A stretch of 64,000 nt of DNA, taken from assembly GCA_022601635.1 (NCBI GenBank), contig JAJACG010000008.1, forward strand, positions 1,721 to 65,720, read 5' to 3'. A program made the position numbers and the translations under genes. Shown here one piece after another: positions 37,899-46,393 of this stretch. The notes under the pieces are model-generated. The model was not told the origin of the DNA. It worked only from the letters and a program-made list of their open reading frames with translations, and made no database searches. Position 1 is the stretch's first letter; the number at the start of each line of letters is the position of its first letter. The DNA is from Chlamydiales bacterium (GTDB taxonomy: Bacteria; Chlamydiota; Chlamydiia; Chlamydiales; JAAKFR01).

Positions 37899-38774
37899 AT
37901 GATCGTCATCTGTGATGAAAATGTGGCTCATATGGCACCGAGCGGTTTTCGTATTGTGGTGCCAGCTGGTGAGAAATCAAAGTCGCGCGCCTGCAAAGCG
38001 TGGATCGAAGATCAACTCTTTTCTGCAGGCTTTGGGCGAGATGCCACTATCACCGCCTTTGGTGGAGGAATGCTGCTCGACCTTGCCGGTTTTGTTGCCG
38101 CCACCTTCTGCCGAGGAGTGCCGTGGACTGCCATTCCCACCTCGCTTCTCGCCATGGTTGACGCCAGCCATGGTGGCAAGGTGGGCATCAACTGTGAGCA
38201 TGGCAAAAATCTCATCGGCGCCTTCTATCCCCCTCAAGAGGTGATCTTGAACTTTGACTACCTCAAAAGTTTGCCCGAAGATGAATGGAAAAATGGAGAG
38301 GCAGAGATCATCAAGTGTGGGCTGATCGCCGATCCAACCATTTTGAAAGATCCGCGCTCCCAATATTCGATTGAACGAGCAATCGCTATCAAAAAGGATG
38401 TTGTCGCCCAAGATCCCAAAGAGCTGGGAATACGCCGTATTTTAAACTTTGGTCACACCGTCGGCCACGCAATCGAGAAGCAGTTTGACTATCAGATAAG
38501 CCATGGTCAGGCTGTAGCCAGCGGCATGCGTGTTGCCTGTGAGCTTAGCGGCATTGACTGGAAGCCCTTTTTGGATCATTTTGACTCTATCAAGCTTGAG
38601 GAAAGACTGTTTGATTTAATGAAGTTGGACAAAAAGGCAAAAGGCGGCTTGCCTAGATTTGTGCTTTTGGAAAAAATAGGAGCGGTCAAACCCTTCGATG
38701 GCAGCTACTGCCGCTTCGTCACCAAAGAGGAGATTTTGTGCGCATTTCAAAGAGTCAACTCAAAGGTTGCTTAA
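37899..38774 (+). CDS. aroB: 3-dehydroquinate synthase (short N-terminus)
   Basis: FGGGMLLDLAGFVAATFCRGVPWTAIPTSLLAMVDASHGGKVGIN and NFGHTVGHAIE are present. It is 291 aa, whereas AroB proteins are usually about 350 aa or more. Confidence 0.88.
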   Translation: MIVICDENVAHMAPSGFRIVVPAGEKSKSRACKAWIEDQLFSAGFGRDATITAFGGGMLLDLAGFVAATFCRGVPWTAIPTSLLAMVDASHGGKVGINCEHGKNLIGAFYPPQEVILNFDYLKSLPEDEWKNGEAEIIKCGLIADPTILKDPRSQYSIERAIAIKKDVVAQDPKELGIRRILNFGHTVGHAIEKQFDYQISHGQAVASGMRVACELSGIDWKPFLDHFDSIKLEERLFDLMKLDKKAKGGLPRFVLLEKIGAVKPFDGSYCRFVTKEEILCAFQRVNSKVA

Positions 38775-39904
38775 CTCTTCCCCCCTCCAAATCACATACG
38801 ATGCGCGCTCTTTTTTTGGCAGAGCAGGCAGAGGGAAGATCAACCATTGACAATCTTCTGCCCTCTGATGACACGCGCCGCATGATTGAGGCGCTAGAAA
38901 ATATCAAAAACGGTGCAAAGATCGATGTGGGCAATTCAGGGCTCGCATACAGATTCTGTACTGCCAGAGCAGCACTTGAAAGAGATCCAATCTCTATCAC
39001 AGGTGACGATTCTATCCAAAAGAGGCGCCCCATCAAGGAGCTTTTGGGAGCGCTGCAGCAGCTGGGAGCCAAAACAGCTGTCAAAGATGGTGTTGTCACC
39101 GTGCAGGGTCCCATTCGCTCTGGCGCTATCGAAATCGATGGTGCCGCCTCACAGCCAGTTTCCGCCCTCTTGATGACAACACCTTTTTGTGAAGGTAGGA
39201 CGACAATCACTGTCCACAATCCGGGTGAGAAACCATTTGTCGATCTCACCCTTTTTTGGCTAAGCAGGGTGGGTATCGAGGTGAAAAGAGAGGGCTATCA
39301 CCGCTTCGTTGTGGAGGGCAATCAAAAGATTGCGCCCATCAAAACCGAAATTCCAGCAGATTGGAGCGCAGCAGCCTTCCCCATTGTAGCAGCGCTGATC
39401 ACCAACTCAACACTCCAAATCGATGGCTTAGATCTCGATGATCCTCAGGGGGACAAGAAGATTGTGCAGTGGCTGAGCCCTCACATATGCGGCAACCTTT
39501 TTGTCACTCCAGGTCCCATTTTGGGTGGTACAATCGATGTCAATGACTGCATCGATGCGCTTCCTATTCTCGCTGTTTTAGGCTGTTTTGCCAAGCAGCC
39601 CCTCCATCTGATCAATGCCAAAATTGCTAGATTCAAAGAGTCTGATCGCCTCGCTGCCATCACGCGTGAGCTGCGCAAGATGGGCGGTCACATTTTGGAA
39701 TTTGAGGATTCGTTGACCATCTTTCCAAGCAAGCTGCATGGCACAAAACTCTTCTCACACAAAGATCACCGCATCGCCATGGCTCTTGCCGTTGCAGCAC
39801 TTGCTGCAGAGGGGCCAAGTGAGATTGAAGATACAGCCTGCATCGCCAAAAGCTTTCCCAACTTCGTTGAAACCTTTCAAAGTGTGGGAGCCAATATCTC
39901 ATGA
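38738..39904 (+). CDS. aroA: 3-phosphoshikimate 1-carboxyvinyltransferase (EPSP synthase)
   Basis: LPPSKSHTMRALFLA, GNSGLAYRF, KESDRLAA and DHRIAMALAVAAL are present. The GTG start overlaps the aroB end. Confidence 0.92.
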   Translation: MRISKSQLKGCLTLPPSKSHTMRALFLAEQAEGRSTIDNLLPSDDTRRMIEALENIKNGAKIDVGNSGLAYRFCTARAALERDPISITGDDSIQKRRPIKELLGALQQLGAKTAVKDGVVTVQGPIRSGAIEIDGAASQPVSALLMTTPFCEGRTTITVHNPGEKPFVDLTLFWLSRVGIEVKREGYHRFVVEGNQKIAPIKTEIPADWSAAAFPIVAALITNSTLQIDGLDLDDPQGDKKIVQWLSPHICGNLFVTPGPILGGTIDVNDCIDALPILAVLGCFAKQPLHLINAKIARFKESDRLAAITRELRKMGGHILEFEDSLTIFPSKLHGTKLFSHKDHRIAMALAVAALAAEGPSEIEDTACIAKSFPNFVETFQSVGANIS

Positions 39905-40323
39905 TCCTCTTCGGCTTCCAGCACTGTGGTAAAAGTACCTTTGGGCGCAAGCTGGCCAACCATATGCAACTCCCCTTTCTTGACACCGATGAATTGATTG
40001 CGCAAAGGGTGGGCGACATATCAAGACTCTTTCGGGAAAATCCCCAACGCTTTCGAGAGATTGAAAAAGAGGTGGTCCAAGAGCTTCCCACCAACCATGT
40101 GATCGCTCTTGGAGGCGGCACCATTTTAGATGATCAAAGTAGATGCCATCTGGAGACTCTGGCTCCTCTGATCTACCTACACATCAGCAAAGAGAGACTG
40201 AAAAAGCGCTACAAAGATCCCGAAATATTTGAGCAGCTCTATGCGAAAAGACTGCCTCTATATCGAGCAATCGAAGCGGCAACAATCGATTTGGAGGAGA
40301 GCAGTTGGCAAGCAATTCTATAG
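39901..40323 (+). CDS. aroK: Shikimate kinase
   Basis: 140 aa with the Walker A-like GFQHCGKSTFGRKLA followed by FLDTDELI. Confidence 0.85.
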   Translation: MILFGFQHCGKSTFGRKLANHMQLPFLDTDELIAQRVGDISRLFRENPQRFREIEKEVVQELPTNHVIALGGGTILDDQSRCHLETLAPLIYLHISKERLKKRYKDPEIFEQLYAKRLPLYRAIEAATIDLEESSWQAIL

Positions 40324-41372
40324 GCAAACATTTTTGTATCACCACCTGGGGAGAGTCGCACGGCAAGGCGATCGGTGTGGTCATCGATGGCTGCCCTGCT
40401 GGACTGCCCCTTTGTGATGATGATATCAACCAGCAGCTCAAACTGCGTCGCCCCGGAAGAGCTCACACCTCCCCACGCAAAGAGAGAGATGAAGCGGAGA
40501 TCTTGAGCGGTCTCTTTGAAGGTAAAACAACTGGTGCTCCCATCTCCATCATCATCTGGAATCAAGACGTCGACTCCTCAGCCTATGAATCTGGCAAAAA
40601 TAAGCTGCGGCCAGGCCATGCACAATATAGCTATCTCAAAAAGTATGGCATCTACGACTACAGAGGAGGCGGTAGAGCCTCAGCAAGAGAGACCGCTTGC
40701 CGAGTTGCAGCTGGCGCTATTGCCAAAAAACTGCTCTCTCTACAAGAAATTGAAGTGCTCGCCTACTTCAAAGAGATGGGAAACATCAAAGCAAACCCCT
40801 CCTCGATCACAAGAGAAAAAATTGAAGCAAGCCCTCTTTTTTGCCCCGACCCTATAGCTGAAAAAGAGATGATTGAGCTGCTTAACTCCCTTGAAGGAGA
40901 TTCAATCGGAGGTGTTGTCGAAATGATTGCCAAAGCGCCAGCTGGCCTCGGTGATCCTATCTATGAAAAACTAGAAGCTAACCTAGCTAAAGCCATGCTC
41001 ACCATCCCCGCCTCAAAAGGGGTCGAATTTGGTTCTGGATTTGGTTGCACCAACCAAAGAGGATCAGAACACAATGACCTATTCATAGAAGAGGGGGGAA
41101 AGATCCAGATGCAGAGTAATCGCGCAGGAGGGATATTGGGCGGTATCTCAACTGGCGAGCCAATCATCTTGCGCGTCGCCTTCAAGCCGACCTCCACAAT
41201 TCAAATGAAGCAAAAGAGCGTTGATCTCCAGGGAAACCCTACACCCTTTGAACCTCCAGGAAAAAGACACGACCCCTGTGTTGCCATTAGAGCCGTGCCT
41301 GTTGTCGAAGCAATGGGTTGTCTTACGCTCAATGATTATTTTGTGGCGCAATGTGCGTCGTTGCAGGAATGA
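40305..41372 (+). CDS. aroC: Chorismate synthase
   Basis: TWGESHGKAIGVVIDGCPAGL, RPGHAQYSY, GGGRASARETA and RHDPCVAIRAVPVVEAM are present. Confidence 0.96.
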   Translation: MASNSIGKHFCITTWGESHGKAIGVVIDGCPAGLPLCDDDINQQLKLRRPGRAHTSPRKERDEAEILSGLFEGKTTGAPISIIIWNQDVDSSAYESGKNKLRPGHAQYSYLKKYGIYDYRGGGRASARETACRVAAGAIAKKLLSLQEIEVLAYFKEMGNIKANPSSITREKIEASPLFCPDPIAEKEMIELLNSLEGDSIGGVVEMIAKAPAGLGDPIYEKLEANLAKAMLTIPASKGVEFGSGFGCTNQRGSEHNDLFIEEGGKIQMQSNRAGGILGGISTGEPIILRVAFKPTSTIQMKQKSVDLQGNPTPFEPPGKRHDPCVAIRAVPVVEAMGCLTLNDYFVAQCASLQE

Positions 41373-41604
41373 TATTGCGATTCAAAAGAAGTAACATATT
41401 CATAACAGCCAACGCTCCAAGCAGATATTGACCCGTTGGAGGAATATTCACTCCCATCTTCGACCCAAGTGCAATCAGTATTGCAATCGCCACGGAACCA
41501 ACTACATCCAATAGTGCCGCGGAAGCTACCGAACACTTGCTAACTGGAGTATTTGGCTGGTGACAGCAATGTCGAGTAACACCATATAGACCACTAAATG
41601 CCAT
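41329..41604 (-). CDS. Small membrane protein with a bilobed hydrophobic domain (Inc-like family member 3)
   Basis: The start is taken at MAFSGLYG. ALLDVVGSVAIAILIALGSKMGVNIPPTGQYLLGALAVMNMLLL has the same architecture as members 1 and 2. Its 3' end overlaps the aroC 3' end. Confidence 0.55.
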   Translation of the reverse strand: MAFSGLYGVTRHCCHQPNTPVSKCSVASAALLDVVGSVAIAILIALGSKMGVNIPPTGQYLLGALAVMNMLLLLNRNIIPATTHIAPQNNH

Positions 41605-41617
41605 TTTCTTCTCCTTT

Positions 41618-42889
41618 GTGAAAGTTAAATTAAGACATAGAATGCATGAAATATTCTTTTCCAACAAAGAAAAGAAATTTATATTAGGTTTTATGCAATA
41701 TTCCGCCTTTTCCCGGCTAAATAGCGTTCAATTTTTGGCTGCAGTAAATGAAAATCTTTTCAAGCTAATAGCTGCCTATTTTTTGATTGCTCAGCTGGGT
41801 GTGGAGAAGACCAACGAGGTCATGGCCACAGTTGGCACCCTCTTTATTCTGCCCTTTCTTCTCTTTTCCAATGTGGGTGGAGTTTTTGCCGATCGCTTTT
41901 CGAAGAGTCAGATCATTTGGATCACAAGAATTTGTGAATTGGTCACTGTTCTTTTTGGAACACTCTTTTTCTCTATGCAGTGGGCAACAGGAGCCTATAT
42001 TGCGCTCTTTTCGCTCTCGACTTCTGCAGCTATCTTTGGGCCTGCAAAATATGGTGCTATTCCTGAAGTGCTGCCGATCAAGCGCATCCTTTTTGGCAAT
42101 AGTGTCATTGCTGCCTTCACCTATTTGGGAATTATTATTGGGACGGCACTCGCCTCATTTATTGTGGGGACAACGGGACACCACTTTGTCTATTCAGCAC
42201 TTTTGACTGTCCTGATTGCCTTCTCAGGAACTATGATTAGTTTGACCATTCCCAAGACTGCGATTGAAAATAGTAAGAAGCGCTTTCCACCATTTGTTTA
42301 CTCAGAGATTTGGCAGGCATTGAAGCAGATGAGGAGCATTCCTTCGCTTCTGATGGCCACCTTTGCCTTTGCCTATTTGCTCTTTTTGGGCGGTTTTGTT
42401 CAGCTGAATCTAATTCCCTACGCGATTCAGATTTTGAACCTCTCTGATGTCTATGGCGGCTATCTTTTCATGATTTTGGCGCTTGGTCTTGGCTGTGGTG
42501 CCTACATGACAGACCGCATTTCGCAGGGAAAAATTCGTCTGCAGATGGTGCCCTATGCAGGACTTGGAATCTCCATTATCTTGCTGTTGATGTATCTGTG
42601 GCATGACCCATGGTGGCTTGTGGCGATCTGGATGGCTCTGCTCGGCTTTTTAGGAGGAATTTTCTTGGTACCACCTCAAGCCTATATTTTGGCAGCAAGC
42701 CCAAAAAAGGATCGTGGGCGCAACTTTGCTACTGCCAACTTTTTTAGTTTCTTTTGCGCGCTTCTTGCTGCGGGAGCGATCTATTTGCTCAATGTGCTTT
42801 TGAAACTGACACCAGCAACAAGCTTCCTTTTTATTGCCATTCTCAATGCTATTACCATGTTTTTTGTTAAGTTCTCAAGGAAGTCCTGA
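41618..42889 (+). CDS. MFS transporter (LplT-like)
   Basis: About 12 TM segments are present, with GVFADRFSK between TM2 and TM3. The start is uncertain. The final RKS codons and the TGA stop lie inside a repeat-element TIR. Confidence 0.8.
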   Translation: MKVKLRHRMHEIFFSNKEKKFILGFMQYSAFSRLNSVQFLAAVNENLFKLIAAYFLIAQLGVEKTNEVMATVGTLFILPFLLFSNVGGVFADRFSKSQIIWITRICELVTVLFGTLFFSMQWATGAYIALFSLSTSAAIFGPAKYGAIPEVLPIKRILFGNSVIAAFTYLGIIIGTALASFIVGTTGHHFVYSALLTVLIAFSGTMISLTIPKTAIENSKKRFPPFVYSEIWQALKQMRSIPSLLMATFAFAYLLFLGGFVQLNLIPYAIQILNLSDVYGGYLFMILALGLGCGAYMTDRISQGKIRLQMVPYAGLGISIILLLMYLWHDPWWLVAIWMALLGFLGGIFLVPPQAYILAASPKKDRGRNFATANFFSFFCALLAAGAIYLLNVLLKLTPATSFLFIAILNAITMFFVKFSRKS

Positions 42890-42943
42890 TTAAGGAGATA
42901 CTGAATAACTCAGTTATTGGAGATTCTACCAAGATTCGCGACA
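42877..42943. repeat. Solo TIR plus half (gamma left arm) of a palindromic repeat element
   Basis: AAGGAAGTCCTGATTAA is followed by GGAGATACTGAATAACTCAGTTATTGGAGATTCTACCAAGATTCGCGACA. Similarity to the family then stops. Confidence 0.85.
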
Positions 42944-43020
42944 ACAGCTGCACAAGCAGGCATCTCAGATTTTCAAATTATGCGACAAACAGGTCACAAA
43001 AAATCTGATACTCTTCATAA
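42944..43020 (+). pseudogene. Relic of a tyrosine recombinase (integrase) C-terminus
   Basis: It translates ...ATTAAQAGISDFQIMRQTGHKKSDTLHK, which resembles the integrase region around the conserved GH(K/R)S box just before the catalytic Tyr. Only about 26 codons remain, flanked by repeat elements. Confidence 0.6.
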
Positions 43021-43182
43021 GGAGCCACTGAACAACTCGCTCATTGAATCTTCCGCCAATCTTCGCGCCGCTGCATCATTCTCGCCTTTTCTAACCCTCA
43101 AGGGGTTAGCGTCAGACTCCGAATTTCCCAGCGTTGCAAATCTTGGCAGAATCTCCAATAACCGAGTTATTCAGTATCTCCC
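43021..43182. repeat. Palindromic repeat element copy 6 (gamma type, reverse orientation)
   Basis: The TIRs are GGAGCCACTGAACAAC...GTTATTCAGTATCTCC. It is near-identical in block order to the reverse complement of copy 5. Confidence 0.9.
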
Positions 43183-43444
43183 TAAGTATATTTGATTGAG
43201 AGCGCTTTGGGAGGAGAATACTGCCACTAAACTTGGATTGTAGTGTTCCCCCCTCCCCAAGGAGGATTGAGCAAGTAAATATGCACAAAGAAACTCTGTT
43301 ACGATGAGATCGATCTCTTACTGTGCTCAAGGAGTGATCAGTATTCAAAATCTGACTTAAAAAACACTAAAGATGGGATTGAGCAAATTCCATCTTTCCT
43401 TAGACTGGGCGAGCTTCGGGTGCAACACACTCGCCCAGTTCCCA

Positions 43445-44275
43445 TCAAAATCGAGTCACTGCTTCGAGGATATAGTGAAAAAAGATGTTTTTTTCTACAG
43501 ATCTTGCTGAGGTAAAATTATCACCCTCATATGGCCTTTTCTTGGCACTTGTCTTGTCAACTGTTTGTAAGATGGTTGCTGCATGCCCCCCAAAATCCTT
43601 TGCGCAACGGAACAGTACTGCAGATTCCATATCAAATGAAGGTGACTTTTCAGTTGATGCAAGCTTCTCTAAGATCGCCTCAAGACGAGCTCGTCTTTCA
43701 GGTGCAAATTTCTCAGGACTACGCAAACCATGATAATTCTCAAGATGGTGACAAATGCACATATCATATTCAATGCATTGATCTTGAGCACTCTGAATCA
43801 ATACTTCTATCATGTGCGGTGATGCGGCTATCGATGTACCTAATTCTGTTGGGGCAACGCCACTTTGAATATTATATCCAATCAAATTATCGGTTTCATC
43901 CACGATTTTCACCAAATGTTCATCTGTTTGGTGATTCTTTTTCAAATCATCTGTTCCATAGCGCACAATATACTTAGCCCCTGCAACAAATAGTTCTGTA
44001 AACAATAGACCAGAACCTGTACCAACAGGAGCACACCCTACAAAAAGAGGAGTATTATTAAATGTCCCAATCGCAACAAAAGGGCCCCACGAAGAGCGAA
44101 TAAAACGTACGTTCTCTAACTCCTGAGACAGACGCATTGCACGTGCACTATTCGAGCAAACGATACCACGATCAGGTACTGTCTCTTTTAGAAAGACACA
44201 ATCGTCTAACGTTAAAAAAATCTCTTGAGAAAACAGAGTGCTGAGACAAAAACCTAAGATTAATATAAAACGCAT
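43445..44275 (-). CDS. Nucleoside phosphorylase (PNP/UDP_1) family protein with a signal peptide
   Basis: The N-terminus is MRFILILGFCLSTLFS. VGCAPVGTGSGLLFTELFVAGAKYIVRYGT resembles the PNP/Udp core. Confidence 0.65.
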   Translation of the reverse strand: MRFILILGFCLSTLFSQEIFLTLDDCVFLKETVPDRGIVCSNSARAMRLSQELENVRFIRSSWGPFVAIGTFNNTPLFVGCAPVGTGSGLLFTELFVAGAKYIVRYGTDDLKKNHQTDEHLVKIVDETDNLIGYNIQSGVAPTELGTSIAASPHMIEVLIQSAQDQCIEYDMCICHHLENYHGLRSPEKFAPERRARLEAILEKLASTEKSPSFDMESAVLFRCAKDFGGHAATILQTVDKTSAKKRPYEGDNFTSARSVEKNIFFHYILEAVTRF

Positions 44276-44581
44276 AATTTCTTTCCTTTGTTAGCACGAA
44301 CCCAGTTATTATCCCCCTGATCTTGAGAGAGTTTGCAGATTAAGGAAGCTCTGAATCATTCGTAGATCTTCTTACCCGAATGTCATTATCTCAAGAGGGT
44401 AATGACTGAGTTCACATTTTGTTAAGAGGCTACAATAACCCTCATCCACCATCCCACAGTACTACTATAGCAAGATTCTTGGCCTCACTAACCACATTGT
44501 CGTCATTCATTTCGGAGCCAGTTCGTTATTTAGTCTCTCAGTTGGAAGCAGCTTATATCACCCCTTCATGATGAGCCCCAT

Positions 44582-45325
44582 TTGTTGGGTAGACATAAAG
44601 GCAATGTCAATTGTGCTGTACAACTTTCTAAAGAGATGGTAGCAACAGGTTCCGATGATCAAACTATCTGCATATGGGATCTGAACGAACATAAGATGAC
44701 AACTTGCCTTTATAGTAATCAAGGGCCTATTCTCTCTCTTTGTCCTCTTCAGAGTTCTCCGGATAGCACCTCACTTGTATCTTTTGCTGACCACTCAACT
44801 ATAGCATCTAATTCTGCACTCCGTTTTAACGGGAGTTCCAGAGATCGGGCTATTGATCCCCTCTTTTCAGAGGATCTCTTGGTCTCGGGCTCTATGAATG
44901 GTAGGCTACAGGTATGGCAGGTTGGTCAGGAAAAACCGCTAAAAGAGGTTAATTGCCATTCCTCAGGGGTGGTTGATATAGAGGTTCTATCACCTCAGTG
45001 CATCGCATCCATAGCGAAGGATTCATATGTTAATATTTGGGATATAGAAAATGAAATCGTGACCCAGCTAAACAGTCATGTATGCTCGCCATCAGCCTTG
45101 ACAGTTCATGAAGATGGAACATTACTTGTTGGTTTAACTGACGGTAGTGTCAGGATATGGGATATTACTACGTTCTCTCAGATAGCTGTTTTAAATCCAG
45201 TTCTCTCTACTGAGGGTATCCAGGTACAATGTATTAAAGTTTTAAAAGATAGCAAAATAGTAGCAGGCTACTCAGATGGTCAGCTTGTCATTTGGGGAGT
45301 GAATTTTAATAAATATTTAAATTAA
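44582..45325 (+). CDS. WD40-repeat protein (N-terminus uncertain or truncated)
   Basis: Repeats of the type GHKGNVNCAV...SDDQTICIWDL, GSMNGRLQVWQV, KDSYVNIWDI, TDGSVRIWDI and SDGQLVIWG are present. Only a TTG start is available. The frame is open back to a TAG at 44531. Confidence 0.7.
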   Translation: MLGRHKGNVNCAVQLSKEMVATGSDDQTICIWDLNEHKMTTCLYSNQGPILSLCPLQSSPDSTSLVSFADHSTIASNSALRFNGSSRDRAIDPLFSEDLLVSGSMNGRLQVWQVGQEKPLKEVNCHSSGVVDIEVLSPQCIASIAKDSYVNIWDIENEIVTQLNSHVCSPSALTVHEDGTLLVGLTDGSVRIWDITTFSQIAVLNPVLSTEGIQVQCIKVLKDSKIVAGYSDGQLVIWGVNFNKYLN

Positions 45326-45683
45326 ATCGAGCTTCTCTGGCTGTATATGTTTACCGAGGTAAACTTAAAAGAGTAACTGAAAAACATTAAACCACTTAAC
45401 ACACTTAAACTAAATCTGATTCCAATCAACTGGAGTTGATAAACCGTTGGGTAGGCCATCTCAATATACCGAGCCGTAAGCCCAATGACTAAATTTCCTC
45501 GCTTTTGCAATCTTTGAATGACATCTGCTGTTGTAGGTCCACAGCCTTGAATTCAGACTCAATAAAATTATGATGCCACACAGGAATCATCCAATGAAGC
45601 ACCTCCAGATTCACCTCTCCTGTCTCCTTCATCCGCTTTTTCACTTCATACGATGCCCAATGATCAGAACCCAAAGGCTGCAC
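45322..45683 (-). pseudogene. Frameshifted relic of a HAD-like gene
   Basis: Two overlapping ORFs lie in adjacent frames. The second frame reads PTTADVIQRLQKRGNLVIGLTARYIEMAYPTVYQLQLIGIRFS, a HAD motif II context, and then degenerates. Confidence 0.45.
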
Positions 45684-45770
45684 TGTTCACTTTAATTTCC
45701 TAAATACTTTTTGTGCAAAACTCTCTCAGAGGATATCATGGATAGGAATTGTCTGCTATCGAAGGTTTGT

Positions 45771-46319
45771 ATGACGCGTATTGTATTTGTCCCAGGTAAT
45801 GGTGGGTGTACGACAAAGCACTTTTGGTTCCCGGGTGTTCAAAGCGCACTTGAGAATCAAGGGTTCGAAGTTGTTGCCGCAGAATTTCCAGACCCCGAGC
45901 TTGCTCGTTCAAGTTATTGGATCCCTTTTTTACATGATGAACTAAAAGTTGATGAAAAGACAGTTCTTGTGGGGCACTCATCTGGCGCAATTGCCGCGCT
46001 GCATTATGCTGAGAAATACCCGATTTATGGATCGATTCTTGTTGGTGCCTACCACACGCATTTGGGAATGGATCTTGAAAAGCAATCAGGCTATTTTGAT
46101 GCTCCATGGAATTGGGAAAAGATTCGAAAAAATCAGCAATGGACCGTCATCTTTGCCTCTCAAGATGACCCATGGATTCCAATTGCAGAGCCTCGCTACC
46201 TTCATGATCAACTGCAATGTGAGTATCATGAGTTTTATAACCAAGGTCATTTTATGGGAGACTATGAAAAAAGAGCATTTACCGAATTAATCACAACACT
46301 CCTAGATAAAATTCACTGA
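45771..46319 (+). CDS. RBBP9/YdeN-family serine hydrolase
   Basis: The start is taken at MTRIVFVPGNGG. FPDPELARSSYWIPF, DEKTVLVGHSSGAIAALHYAE, SGYFDAPWNWEKI, DDPWIP and GHF parallel the RBBP9 sequence as I recall it. Confidence 0.8.
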   Translation: MTRIVFVPGNGGCTTKHFWFPGVQSALENQGFEVVAAEFPDPELARSSYWIPFLHDELKVDEKTVLVGHSSGAIAALHYAEKYPIYGSILVGAYHTHLGMDLEKQSGYFDAPWNWEKIRKNQQWTVIFASQDDPWIPIAEPRYLHDQLQCEYHEFYNQGHFMGDYEKRAFTELITTLLDKIH

Positions 46320-46393
46320 GATGTGTTAACATCTTCAGCTTCAAGGGCATTTTATCGAAAAAGTCTTTTGAAGAGAACCCTAATGGAGGTTTT

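Noticed and set aside
37912-38411. Alternative ORFs (37912-38244 on the plus strand, 37977-38411 and 38012-38215 on the minus strand) in the aroB region.
   Set aside because: The aroB frame carries the diagnostic dehydroquinate synthase motifs, and the others are out-of-frame shadows.
43404-43438. Stem-loop CTGGGCGAG-N16-CTCGCCCAG just downstream of the phosphorylase gene, considered as an intrinsic terminator.
   Set aside because: The loop is 16 nt and no T-tract follows on the relevant (minus) strand. That is not enough to call a terminator.
44340-44530. Possible highly degenerate tenth repeat-element copy upstream of the WD40 gene.
   Set aside because: Only short motifs match (TTAAGGAAGCTCTGAAT, CTCACTAACCAC, TTCGGAGCC). 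There is no continuous alignment by eye. It is mentioned only as context in the WD40 finding.
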